A stretch of DNA of 63,386 nt, filler included. It is 10 parts of 10 records of this genome, joined end to end, with 100 filler letters (N's around TTAATTAATTAA, not from the genome) between each part and the next. Parts side by side here need not be neighbours in the genome. Positions count along the whole stretch, not along the records: positions 17,318 to 25,116 come from SRR7504441_4139; positions 25,217 to 31,977 come from SRR7504441_4142; positions 32,078 to 37,155 come from SRR7504441_4150; 7 more parts are not named here. One strand, 5' to 3'. Shown here in pieces: positions 22,865-33,960 of this stretch. The position numbers were made by a program, and so were the translations under genes. A model generated the notes under the pieces. It was not told where the DNA came from. It worked only from the letters and a program-made list of their open reading frames with translations, and searched no databases. Position 1 is the first letter of the stretch, and the number at the start of each line of letters is the position of its first letter.

Positions 22865-23725
22865 ATGGCTTTGACACAACAAGCCAACACTGCCAGCGAG
22901 ATCGATCAAGTGATCGACTCGGGCAAGAACGCTTTCGGAGATGAGTTCCGCAACTACGAGGACTCGGCCCGCCAGGACACGGTGGCCGAGTGCTACAGGC
23001 TGATGCACGAGAATCAGACGGTAGAGTTCGTCCAGCGCATGCACGACAAGTGGCTCGGGTTCAGCCACGGGCAGTACACGATCGAGCAGATCATCGAGAT
23101 GCTCGACCAGCTTGTGGATGACTCGGACCCAGACAACGAGCTGCCCAACTCGGTGCACGACTTCCAGACGGCCGAGCGGATCCGGCGGGCCTGGCCGGAG
23201 CACGACTGGTTCCACCTTGTCGGGCTGCTGCACGACCTGGGCAAGGTGATGGCGCTCTGGGGCGAGCCCCAATGGTGCGTGGTGGGCGACACCTTCCCGG
23301 TCGGGTGCAAGTTCTCAGACAAGATAGTGTTCCCACACCAGTTTGCCAACAACCCGGACAACAGCAACCCGGAGTACAACAGCCAGGACGGGATCTACGC
23401 GCCCGAGTGCGGGCTGGACAACCTGACCATGTCCTGGGGGCACGACGAGTACATGTACCAGATGCTAAAGCACAACAAGTGCACCATCCCAGAGGAGGGC
23501 CTCTGCATGATCAGATTCCACTCGTTCTACCCATGGCACACCGGCGGGGCGTACGAGCGGTTCTGCGGGCACCACGACCAGACGGTGATCAAGCCGTGGG
23601 TGCTCGAGTTCAACAAGTTCGACCTCTACTCCAAGGGCGACGACGTGCCAGATGTCAAGCAAGTATGGCCCTACTACAAGGAGCTGCTAGTCAAATACAA
23701 CCTGGATGGGCTGCTCAACTGGTGA
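22865..23725 (+). CDS. MIOX: myo-inositol oxygenase
   Basis: FRNYE, HENQT, LVDDSDPD, HDFQTAERIR, GLLHDLGK, QWCVVGDTFPVGC, SWGHDEYMY, IRFHSFYPWH and FNKFDLYSK. Intronless. Confidence 0.97.
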   Translation: MALTQQANTASEIDQVIDSGKNAFGDEFRNYEDSARQDTVAECYRLMHENQTVEFVQRMHDKWLGFSHGQYTIEQIIEMLDQLVDDSDPDNELPNSVHDFQTAERIRRAWPEHDWFHLVGLLHDLGKVMALWGEPQWCVVGDTFPVGCKFSDKIVFPHQFANNPDNSNPEYNSQDGIYAPECGLDNLTMSWGHDEYMYQMLKHNKCTIPEEGLCMIRFHSFYPWHTGGAYERFCGHHDQTVIKPWVLEFNKFDLYSKGDDVPDVKQVWPYYKELLVKYNLDGLLNW

Positions 23726-23916
23726 GCCCGGTCCCGTGAGGGTGCCACGCGAGGCGTATTTACGTGTCTCGGTTAGAATCATGTAGAAGGCACACATCGG
23801 AACAGGACATGGGGGACTTTAATATGTTAGACTTATATCATTATTAAAATTAAGCCTTATTTAATCACCTAGATGCCTTCTCACCAGGTTTCTCCATTCT
23901 AGATGAAAGTACTAAG

Positions 23917-25080
23917 TTACACTAGCGGAGCGGATTGTTTGGGAGGGTCCATACTTGATGAGTTCTCTATTGTGTCAATGCCACAGTACTTTGGCAGCAC
24001 CCCAAAACCCAAGTGCAACCTGCCGCACACGGCTGGCTCTGCCTAGCAGGGCGGTGGCTCACTTGAGAATATTTTGCACCAGCATCCCCGCCACAACCGA
24101 AGTTGTGCTCGCCATCGAGGGCCGGATCCCGCTATTGCCCTCCGCCAAGTCCGCAGCAAACTGTGGCACCTATCAGTAGCCGATGACCCGCTCACACCTC
24201 CAGGCAGTTTGCGCCCTCGGCCATGTACTGCACACAGCCTGCCCCAGTTGCTCAGGCCAGCTACACATACCCAGTGCCTACCTGACAGCCCGTCCGGGAA
24301 TAGGCTGGCGTCTAGCCACGGCCGTTGCATGTCGTTCCGGAGCTGGCCGGCGAGAGTCAGTCCGGCTGGCGGCGGCTGGCCACCTGGTGCACTACGAGCT
24401 TAGCCTCGCGGTTGTCCACACAGGACACAATCACGTCCACTGGCTCGTCGCCCTCCACCCCTCCCAGCGACAGCTTCTGCTGCAGCTGCACAGGCTCGCA
24501 TAGCCCCCCGGGGGTGGCACCAGCTCGAGCACCCCCGGCTGCAGCAGGTCGGCCGCAAACGTCTCCAGGTGCACGTGCGAGTTGAGGGCTGTCAGCGAGG
24601 CCTTGGCGGCCTGCGTCTTGCTCAGCCCGACGTGCTCCGGCCGGAAGAGCATCCGGTTGAGCTGAGTCGGGTCCACGCTGGCCTTGTCGACCAACCAGAG
24701 CTTGCCCACCCCGCTCCGGACCAGCATCTCGGCCGCGGCCGACCCGATCCCGCCCAGCCCCAGGATCGCCACCGAGAGCGTCTGGACCGCCTCGTAGTTG
24801 GCGATCGGGGAGGTCTGGTTGAGTCGCATCAGCCGGCTGCGCTGCCCTCAGCCCGGCCGGCCGGCGAGCTGCCTGTACGGATTGTTCTGGACGGTGGTCT
24901 CGTCCATGGCCGGGGTGCCCCCGAAGCTGTCGGTGCCCTCCGGGGCCTGCAGCTTGACGATCTGCTGGATCTCCTGCACCTGCCCCGGTCTCGCCGGCTG
25001 GGCCGCGCGCCCGGCCCGGCCTGGTCCTGCAGCCGGCTCACTTGGCCCATCAGATCCTCGGCGTGCCGCGTGGTGGCCAT
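23917..25080 (-). CDS. UBA5-like ThiF/E1 protein, divergent (catalytic Cys absent)
   Basis: NPYSRLM (via GC-AG intron 24837-24872), GLGGIGSAAAEML, LNRMLFRPEHVGLSK, SCVDN and VVAGMLVQNILK; about 7 short introns. Confidence 0.8.
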
Positions 25081-25116
25081 AGCTGCTCGAATTGGCTGCC
25101 GGAGTGCTGCCAGGAG

Positions 25117-25216
25117 NNNNNNNNNNNNNNNNNNNNNNNNNNNNNNNNNNNNNNNNNNNNTTAATTAATTAANNNNNNNNNNNNNNNNNNNNNNNNNNNN
25201 NNNNNNNNNNNNNNNN
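25117..25216. other. Artificial contig linker
   Basis: N44-TTAATTAATTAA-N44. Confidence 0.99.
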
Positions 25217-25301
25217 CTTGAAGGGTTACTCACTAAAGAGCCCCTATCTATCTGCTATCAGCATAAGCTGATACAGAATCTACTCATATAACAAGATGAT
25301 A

Positions 25302-26629
25302 TCAAATGCATTTGCGATGAACGATAGCGGGACCGCTCTCATCATACTCCTCCTTAGTGATCCACATTTGATGAAACGTATTCAGTGATGACAATATTGA
25401 ACCTCCAAACCACACACAATGGAGGCGATCCGGCATCGCATAAACTTGGGTTCTTTGCGTGGTCGGAGCCAGCAAGGCAACCTGCTCATGCAAGGGTCAC
25501 AAGTCACATCGACTTACAGGGGAAGACTCTATCGTGTATTGAGTGCATGGTGTACCTCATGTTGGAGCCTGTCTGGAAAGTTGTTGAGCAAAGACGTGCC
25601 CCCAGCAACAACAATATTCGCAAATAGGTCCTTCCGCGACTCGTATTCGCAATCCATCACCACCTAGGGCCCGTCTGAGAGCCACTTGGCCAGTGCATCC
25701 GCAGACACCTTGTACAAAATGGTGGGCAGTCCTGGAGAATCAATACCCATCAACGACGGGGTAAACAGGATCTCCGGACCACGAATTTGTGCATCACCGA
25801 CAGTGAGTGGCTGGCCATCAGGAAGGGGGAACTGCTTCTCGTTGCCTTGAAATGAACGCATTTCGTCATAGAAAGCAGGTGAGACATAGCAGAGCTCCTC
25901 CTTAATTGTTGCAGCACACTCCGCGTCAACCTGGCCAGACTCAAACTTTGCATGGTCAGAGCAGCTAGATCCTCACCTTTTTACTCTCCGATGTGAGAAT
26001 CTGGGATAAAAAGTTGGTCAGGTCGCGCCCGGCTACATGAAATTGCTGCGTGGCATACGGGAGCGGATAACCCTCCACCAGCGGCACTATCTGTGTCAGT
26101 TGATGCCCGCAGTCTACCACCACGCCTGCCAACCGATCTCGGTAGTGCCCACAGGGCAGACACCTGTTGTCCGTCCAGCCGCATACATGGCCAGCAGCGG
26201 CGCGGAGGCAATGTAAACGTTGGGCAGCTGGAACCTCTCGAACATCATGTGCGTCATCCGCTCGCGCCCATCCTTCGGGTTGTTGGGTGCATCTGCGAGC
26301 AGGGCACCGCCGTATTCCTCGGTGGGAGACATGAGCAATTGAGTGAACGCATGGGTCCAGAGCTTCTCGATCACATCCCAGTCTGTTACCACACCCTTCT
26401 CGAACGGGCACTTGAGCAGCACAGATTCGCGCCTCTGTTGGGCCTCGGCGCCGACGTGATATTGGCCCTTCCAGGTCTCACCGGACTTGAGCTCCAAGTG
26501 AGCCATCTCCGGCGGGTAGCCCACCATCGACGGGAAGATCAGCTTTGGTGCTTCCTCCCCGGCGATCCCAGCCTTGATGGCGGTGGAGCCGCTATCCATG
26601 ACAACAGACAGACCATCATCGTCTTGCAT
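25302..26629 (-). CDS. Divergent actin / actin-related protein
   Basis: [62 protein letters not shown]...[15 protein letters not shown]; about 4 introns. Confidence 0.9.
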
Positions 26630-27118
26630 TGAGTGCCTCTCGGGTAGCCGGTACACCGGCCGTACGCCGTACTGCGGTGGGGTTTGTCAGTGATAGAAAG
26701 TACAGCCGTAGTGTTTTCGTAGGTCGTTGGTGAGGCCTGCACTTGCCTTCCGCGTTTTTCAGCGCCCAGGCTGTCGCGTGCTGTCGCTCAGGCAGCGCGT
26801 TCACTACGGAGCCGGTAGCGGAAGGCACGGCTAGGCGAAGCGGTTGCTCCTCTAGCGCACCCGCCACCGTGTAAGCAATCGTTGGCGTCGATTCGATTGT
26901 GCGCGAATGTAGAGCCCCCGCCTAGACCAATCCCTGCTGGGATGATGCTGGCTGACAATAATGACAGACTTTGTGCGGTTCATAATATTTTCACTTGAGA
27001 ACTTTACATTTTAGAACGTTCGTTGAAATGTATATTTACATTAAACTTGCCCATATTGTAGAGGTACCCCGGGATCATCCCACAGAGGAAGCGAGCAAAG
27101 CGCAGCTGCACTTATCCC

Positions 27119-27678
27119 TCAGTCGAGCTCTTCAGCGGCGCCGATTATGCCCACAATCCCGAGCCCGAGCGTGCAGAGCTGGGCCACCACAAAGCACAGC
27201 GAGCGCCACGGCTGCGCCTTGGCTACGTACAAAACCAGGAAGAGCACCCGAGCTCCGACGAACACCGACATGAGAACAATCAGCGCGACGTTGTACTTGT
27301 TGTCCTTGCGGCTGGCGCAAAATACGCTCCAGATCAGGACCGCGCACGCCAGAGGCAGACTCTCGCGCTGGTTGCGCGCCACCGCGGCCCAGGTGTCAAA
27401 ACTGGCGGGCTCATCGAGCTGGTTGACTGTCACCTCGACCGCCTTAGTGTCGGCGGTCTCGCTCACAGGGTTGGCGGTCTGCTTGGTCTCAGGCGCGTCG
27501 CCGGCCTCGTGTTTATAGTTGGCTGGGTCGGAGCTCTTGAAGTGCGCTGCCCCCCAGGGCTCGGCCAGGCTTGCAGCAGTGGGTCACCAATCAGGTTGAG
27601 CAACCAGCACATGAGTACCGACACCATGGCGGTCACCAGGGTGTCCCTACTGCTCCAGCGGGAAGGATCGTCGCCCAT
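27119..27678 (-). CDS. MAPEG-family membrane protein
   Basis: VARNQRESLPL...FVGARVLFLVLY...PWRSLCF; four hydrophobic helices; one short intron near 27547-27587. Confidence 0.7.
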
Positions 27679-27704
27679 GTTCCGACTCTGTAACGGCTTT
27701 CGCG

Positions 27705-29845
27705 ATGGATCCTGCGGCCGAGCACAAGGAGGAGGAGGGTGAGGAGGTCAAACACAAGCACAAGCCAAGGGTGTACACTCCGAGCCCCAAATTCATCGAG
27801 TACTACCAGCGCTACCTCTCGTCCTCCGACTGGGAGCTGTTCATGGCCAGCATGACCCGGCCACTCCCCACCACCTTTAGGCATCCCCCTCTCCCTCGTT
27901 CGCCGGCTCAGCCCCGGCAGGCTGGCCGCCTCGGACCAGCGGGTGCAGCGGGTGCTCGAGGTGCTCGCCTGCGCCGGCTCCGCTCACTGGCTCGTGGGCA
28001 GACGCTGCAACAGGAGCACGTGGCCGGCATGGCCGACGTGGAGCTGGACGGTCAGCCCATCCGACTGCCGTCGGCGATCCCGTGGTACCCCAATAGCCTG
28101 GGCTGGCAGTTCGACTTCCCCAAGGTGGCCCTGCGCAAGCACCCGGTTCTCAAGAAATTCCACGAGTTTCTCAAAGCCGAGACCGCCGCCGGGCTGCTCT
28201 CCCGACAGGAGGCTGTCTCGATGGTGCCTGTGCTCATGCTCGGGGCGGCGCCGGAGCACCGGATCCTGGACGCGTGCGCGGCCCCGGGGATGAAGACGCT
28301 CCAGCTGCTCGAGATGCTCCACGCCGGCTGCCGCTGCCCGGCTGGGTTTGTAATGGCGAACGACGCGGATGGCCGGCGGTGCACCATGCTCGCTCACCAC
28401 TCCAAACGGATGCGCTCACCGGCGTTCATCGTGACTCACCACGATGCCACCACCCTGCCGCTGGTAGGTGGAGGTTTCGATCGAATCCTGTGTGACGTGC
28501 CGTGCAGCAGCGATGGGACGATGAGGAAGGCGCCACATCTGTGGTCCAAGTGGAAACCCACAACCGGATTAGGGATGCACGCGCTGCAACTGCGGGTGGC
28601 CTCGCACAGCGTCAGCCTGCTCAAGCCGGGTGGGCGGATGTGTTATTCAACTTGTTCTCTGAATCCAATGGAGAACGAGGCTGTTGTGGCCGAGTTGCTC
28701 AGACAATTTGAAGGACAGCTGGAGGTGGTGGACACGTCCGGTATGCTCCCAGAGCTGCACAGAGTGCCCGGGATGGAGAGCTGGCATGTTGTGCCTGACA
28801 ACAACTCTGGCCCCATAAACGACCTCCAGCAGGCGCTCGCAGCCGGGCAAACCCAAGTTGTCCGGTCCTTGTTCCCGCCTACCGAGCAAGAGCGGAGCTG
28901 GATGGGCCTGAACCGCTGTGTGCGGATATGGCCGCACCTCGGGGACACCGGCGGCTTCTTCGTATGTATTCTGGCCAAGACCGCTGCAGATGCTACAGGC
29001 CGGAAGCGCAAGCTGCCTGTAGAGGAGCCGGAGCTTGACCAAGCCGTACTCGAAAGTGTGCCCCAGGACGAGCTGGTCAGAGTGTCTGCGCTGCCCCACA
29101 ACACCTCCGAGGAGCCGTTCCGTCCGTTGCCGCCCTCGGTGCTCCAAGAGATTGTACAGTTCTACAGGTGGCTGGCTCTTGGTTGTCGGTTGAGCGTTTG
29201 AGGCAGGCTGGGTGATGAATTCCCTACAGACCAACTACTCGCACGCAGCCAGGAATCGAACAAGGTCGTGCTGGTCTCGGCAGGCGTCCGGTCCGCGCTG
29301 CTCGAAGCGGAGCCTGGCCACGAGGTGCCGACTCCCATGTTGCTTGCAGGCCAGCTTGCGGGGTAGCTCAAGGCAATATGCGGCGGCTGTCGGGTGTTTG
29401 AGCGATCCAATTTCAATCGGAAAGATCGGATCTGCGAGTATCGGCTGGTCCAGGAGGGGATCCACCTTATCGGCCCTCTGCTCAAGCACAGGGTGGTCGC
29501 GCTCACGGCCGACGAGTTCTTCGAGATTGCCACGCACAAGGCTGAGCCTGAGCCGAACGCAACTGAGTGCGGGGACAGGCAGTGGAGCTCGAGGCCATGT
29601 CCAACCAGCAGACTCGCAAGGCACTCGAGGAGCTGGATCCGGGGTCGCTGGCGCTCAGCTGCGTGACTGCGGGAGGACGGGCAGTGTGGGCTGTTGGCGA
29701 GAAGACGGGGGTGACATTGCAGCTTTTTGTGGCTAAGGAGGAGCTAGCTCAGCTGGTGGGACTTGTATGTCCCGATCGGGAATTCAAGTGGAAGGCTGGC
29801 ACACAGAGGCAAAACGAGGAACCTGCCCCGGCTGAGCAATCATGA
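27705..29845 (+). CDS. NSUN2: tRNA (cytosine-5)-methyltransferase NSUN2/Trm4
   Basis: SRQEAVSMVP, LDACAAPGMKT, FDRILCDVPCSSDGTMRK, YSTCSLNPMENEAVV, RIWPHLGDTGGFF and YRLVQEG. Introns include GC-AG 27881-27920 and 29541-29578. Confidence 0.93.
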
Positions 29846-30184
29846 GTGGTGTTCGACAAAAGATGCAGCAGAGGGCTGCAGCGCTGTATGATGCATTGTA
29901 GTGCGCTCCTTTAGGTCTTACATGTATCTTACATGTAAGCTTAACCTTACCTAACCTGCGGATCCTGAACTACTCAGTCTTAACGCAGTCTCTATCACTC
30001 TCTTGCGCCCGGCCCCTTAGAATAAATGTCTGTTCCTCTCCGTGACTTAAATCAGTATTAAATCAGTTGCTTGTTATAATGTTAAAGCGTAGGTCGTCCT
30101 ACGCCGTACGGTACTATAAATCGTATAATAATGTACTTGAGATACATGTAGTATGATTCAACGTTCTCGTTCAATGACACAACG

Positions 30185-31977
30185 CTATAACTCATCATTA
30201 GGGCGAGTTTTGGCAACTTCAAATATGTTGGAGCCGCTGTTGGACACTATGAAGTGCTGTTCATGGCCTAGGGCGTTGGACCGGGCTACAAACTTATGCC
30301 CAACGTAAGAGCCTAGCCTAACATATTTCCCTGGCGGTATCAACCCGACATCTCTTTGCTCGCCAGTAGGTGAGCTCCAAAGCATCTCTACAGCTGCAGG
30401 AAGACGATTGATGAACTGTACAGATACCTGGTCATCATCAGAACTCGAGGTCTTGAAATTGGGTATTCCGGTCCATGACCGCGTCCTGACCTGCGGCCCA
30501 AGCCAAACCTCAGGCCCAGCCCAAGCCGCCGGCACCCACGTTGGGATGCATCACGACTGGGGCAGCCTGACGAGCCCGCCGTAGCATACCCGAATAGGCT
30601 GGTCGCTTCCATGCCTGGCGTACCATGTAAACCTCTGAGCGGAGGTACCAACTAGCATTGACAAAAAGAACATCCTGTGCTGCATTTGAATCATGCCATT
30701 TTTCAGTGGCCACAGGATGGAAGCCGCCAGACATGAAGGTGGCGAAGAGCAGCTCGCCAAATATCAGCGATGGCCAGGCGCAGCCGAATTTGCTCATGCC
30801 CATCCTATGCTGTTCAATGTTGATCTGCCATGTATCCGCCAGCATTTGATCCGGATCCCGAAAAGCATGCGCAAAGAGCGGATATTCGTAACCTTCAATG
30901 TTCGCCTTCAATAGGTGGAAAGCAGTTGCGTTTGGCCGCTGCTCCTGCACGCGCGAGAGAAACTCCGGCAGAGTCTTGAATCTCGCGCGTAGATCTGGGC
31001 TGAGGTGAGCAGTATCCTCACTGTCCAACCCATGCACACACAAATGCATATATAGCACCCGCCCTGGCCATGAGTGACGATGCTCTTGCTCGGAAGGCTT
31101 GGTAAAGCAGTCTGCAATTACAACAGTCGAGTTGGTGAAGGACGACAGCACAAAGTCCTCGTAGTTGAAATCGCTCCCACTGCCGGCGCTGAACACGTAG
31201 CGAGGGACTGTCACCTGAGCCTGCCGGTCAGCCAGCGGCACGGAACCAAGCAAGACCTCGAAGAATTCCGGATTGCACCAGAACTTCATTCCACCAAGCT
31301 CTGAACCCAGCCGCGGGCTATGCCGACACTGCAGGTATGGCCGAAACTTGAGCCAAAAGTTGGTCTCAACGCCGTACTCACTGCACAGCACAGAGTCAGC
31401 CCCAACTGCAAGCAAGCATTGACCCGAACTCTTTGATGCTCGGATCTAGTTGCCGCCAGCCGTGATTCACAGTCCACTCAGCCTGCCGCCAGAAGTCCTC
31501 GGTCGAATCGAGCAGCGCCCGTGCACTGGCCATCACCAACTCCAAATCACGCTCCGGCAGCTCGCTGACCAGCAGCAGAGCCTCACGCTTGATTCGATTC
31601 AAGCCCTTGTGCAGCAGCTTTGCAATCACCAGCAGCAGATCACGCCGCTCACTCTCATGCTCGAATCGCATCGGTGGTGGTGAGTGGTGGTACTTTGTGC
31701 CTGCAGTCTCCTGTGAGTTTCGGATCTCCTCCGGGCTGTATGTGGCGACATCCGCCAGATCCCAGCTAGGTGTTTGAGGGCTTGGCGCTGGCACCACCGA
31801 CGACCCAATCCAGTAGTCGAGCACGGCTGCAGGGTCAGCCTCGTGGTCTGGTAGCTGGAGCTGTCTGTGCGCTGGCGGGAGCAGCACTGCGGGTTGCTCC
31901 GACTGGCGCAGCAGCCGGCACTGGACGGTGCGGATCTCAACGTAATCTACGTGCCTGTACAGCTCCTTCCGCTGCTC
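30185..31977 (-). CDS. FkbM/METTL24-like methyltransferase domain + VHL-beta-like domain, C-terminal NDEL; 5' end uncertain
   Basis: RLGSELGGMKFWC, VFSAGSGSDFNYE, LLKANIEGYEY, QINIEQH; then VQFINRLPAAVEMLW...SYVGHKFVAR; ends RPNDEL. Joined by two short GT-AG introns. Confidence 0.65.
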
Positions 31978-32077
31978 NNNNNNNNNNNNNNNNNNNNNNN
32001 NNNNNNNNNNNNNNNNNNNNNTTAATTAATTAANNNNNNNNNNNNNNNNNNNNNNNNNNNNNNNNNNNNNNNNNNNN
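31978..32077. other. Artificial contig linker
   Basis: N44-TTAATTAATTAA-N44. Confidence 0.99.
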
Positions 32078-32268
32078 GAGCCTAACGGAAGCAGGACGTT
32101 CCTTTAAAACGCTTGGCCTAGAATTACTAATTTTATTTAGGAATAAACCCTGTGCTATTATTACTAACCCAAGAATTTAGGAATGAGTTAATTAACGAGA
32201 TACGAATCACAAACGTGATCTGATAATGATTGTAATAATGTATCTATAATCGAATTTCGAATTATCTG

Positions 32269-33833
32269 TTAGCTATCCGGGGGCCTCATGGGTTGAGGAG
32301 AATCTAGGCTCGGGCTCATGCTCAAGTCCAAAACGGTGGTCCCGACCGGCGGGACAGCTTGAACACTAGCACGTGCTAGCACCGCCATCATCACCGTGTT
32401 GAGCGCCAGGCTTACTCCAAGCAATACCAGCAACTGGGTCGAGGTCTCACCTAGCTGCACTTGCCAGCGATTGGCGCAGTCGAACAGCGGCTTTGGTAGC
32501 CGCAACTTGACCTCACAGCCGTCATCCTCATACCCTTCCCAGCAGCTGCACTTACCCGTCTGGTGATCGCAACTGCCTCTCGCTGAGCAGTTCAACTTAC
32601 ACAACTGGAGCTCGCAGGTCGTGCCGAAGAACCCCTGATCGCACTGGCACAGGCCAGTGCTGTTATCGCAGTGTGCATGCGCCAGCGCGCACGGCTGCGT
32701 GAGACAGAGCGGGACTGAGCAGTCTCTTCCGACAAAGCGCTCGGTGCAGTTGCAGCTGCCGTCAGCGGCGCACGCCCCTCGGGGGAACGAGCAATTGCCG
32801 GGGCATGTCTGGGCGTCTGGCCGCACGCAGACCACTGTAGTCACCGGCCGAGGGCACCTGCCGCCAGATCTGCCCGGCCGGTATTGCTAATCAACCACCT
32901 GAATCTATGGATCTCAATAGGGCCACTGCCCTCCCTGTCGCAGTGATCAGACGGTGTGCCCACAAACACCCCGCGGTGAATCATCCCAGCTGACCCGCCG
33001 CCGTCCAGGTTGATTGCGTTCACTGCCGGGCCGATCAGCTGGGATCAGCGGGCGACCCACCGGCTCCGAATTCTAAGAGCAGCTGCGCCATCTGGTACAA
33101 ATCGACCCCGCGGACCCAGGTCTGGCCCTGGATGTACAGCAGCATCAGACGGCCCTGGCGGTCGTGCCCGATTGCCATCCTGGCCGAGGCTGTGGTCGTG
33201 AAACTGGTCCCCGTCTCCTGTCTCGACATGTCCTCGGCACCTCCCACTGCGCGGCTCACAAACGACTCCCCGTTTCGGACCAGCCAGACCACTCCGGTGA
33301 CTAGCTGGGCGAACTGGGGCGATGGGCCGACGGCGGTGCCGTTGAACCTGCCCTCCGGTGACAGGCGCCCACCGGGGGGTGGGGCACTGAGGGTCGGCAG
33401 TCCCGAAGTAGCCCACCACGAAGTAGCCCGAGGTGGTGATCCCGAACCGTGCGGCCCGGCGGGTGTGCCCCTGGTTGATCATCCGGCCGTTGCTCACGAC
33501 GTCCCCCATGCACCGGTCGGCCGTGGTGTTGAAGAAGCCCCCGTTGAAAGCCAGCTCGCAGCCGGCTCGAGCAGCTGTCGCATTCACGCTGGCCAGACCG
33601 CCGCACCGGTCGCCGTCCGGGAGCGGCGGCTCTATTGACCAGTGCCCCACTGGGTTGGCCAGCGTGACCAGCCGGCCGCGGGCCTTGCGGGCGGTGGGAC
33701 CCTCCTGCACGATGTGCACCGACAGCTGGGGCGCAGTGGTGCGGGGCAGCGGGTCGGCCGCCGGGGACAGCTCGAAGTCCCGGGCCCAGCCGAGCTGAGC
33801 CCAGACCAGCAGCGCCAGCACCGGCCCTATCAT
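32269..33833 (-). CDS. NAGPA: N-acetylglucosamine-1-phosphodiester alpha-N-acetylglucosaminidase (uncovering enzyme) with EGF repeats and TM
   Basis: Signal peptide; AFNGGFF, LVTGVVWLVRNG, SARMAIGHD, NAINLDGGGS, PSDHC, CPRPVTTVVCV; EGF repeats; 3 introns. Confidence 0.88.
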
Positions 33834-33960
33834 CCCCCCCGCCAACCCCCCCCAGAGAGCGTCGGTCAGCGGACCGCCTTCTCCCGGCCGGCCCACAACG
33901 GAACGCCCGCGGGTTGTTGAACGTCGGGCACACCGGGTCTGCCGTAGATTGCGCGCCAAG

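Noticed and set aside
29935-29960. TTAACC/CTAACC-like telomeric repeats
   Set aside because: Only about 3 degenerate units in an internal AT-rich spacer.
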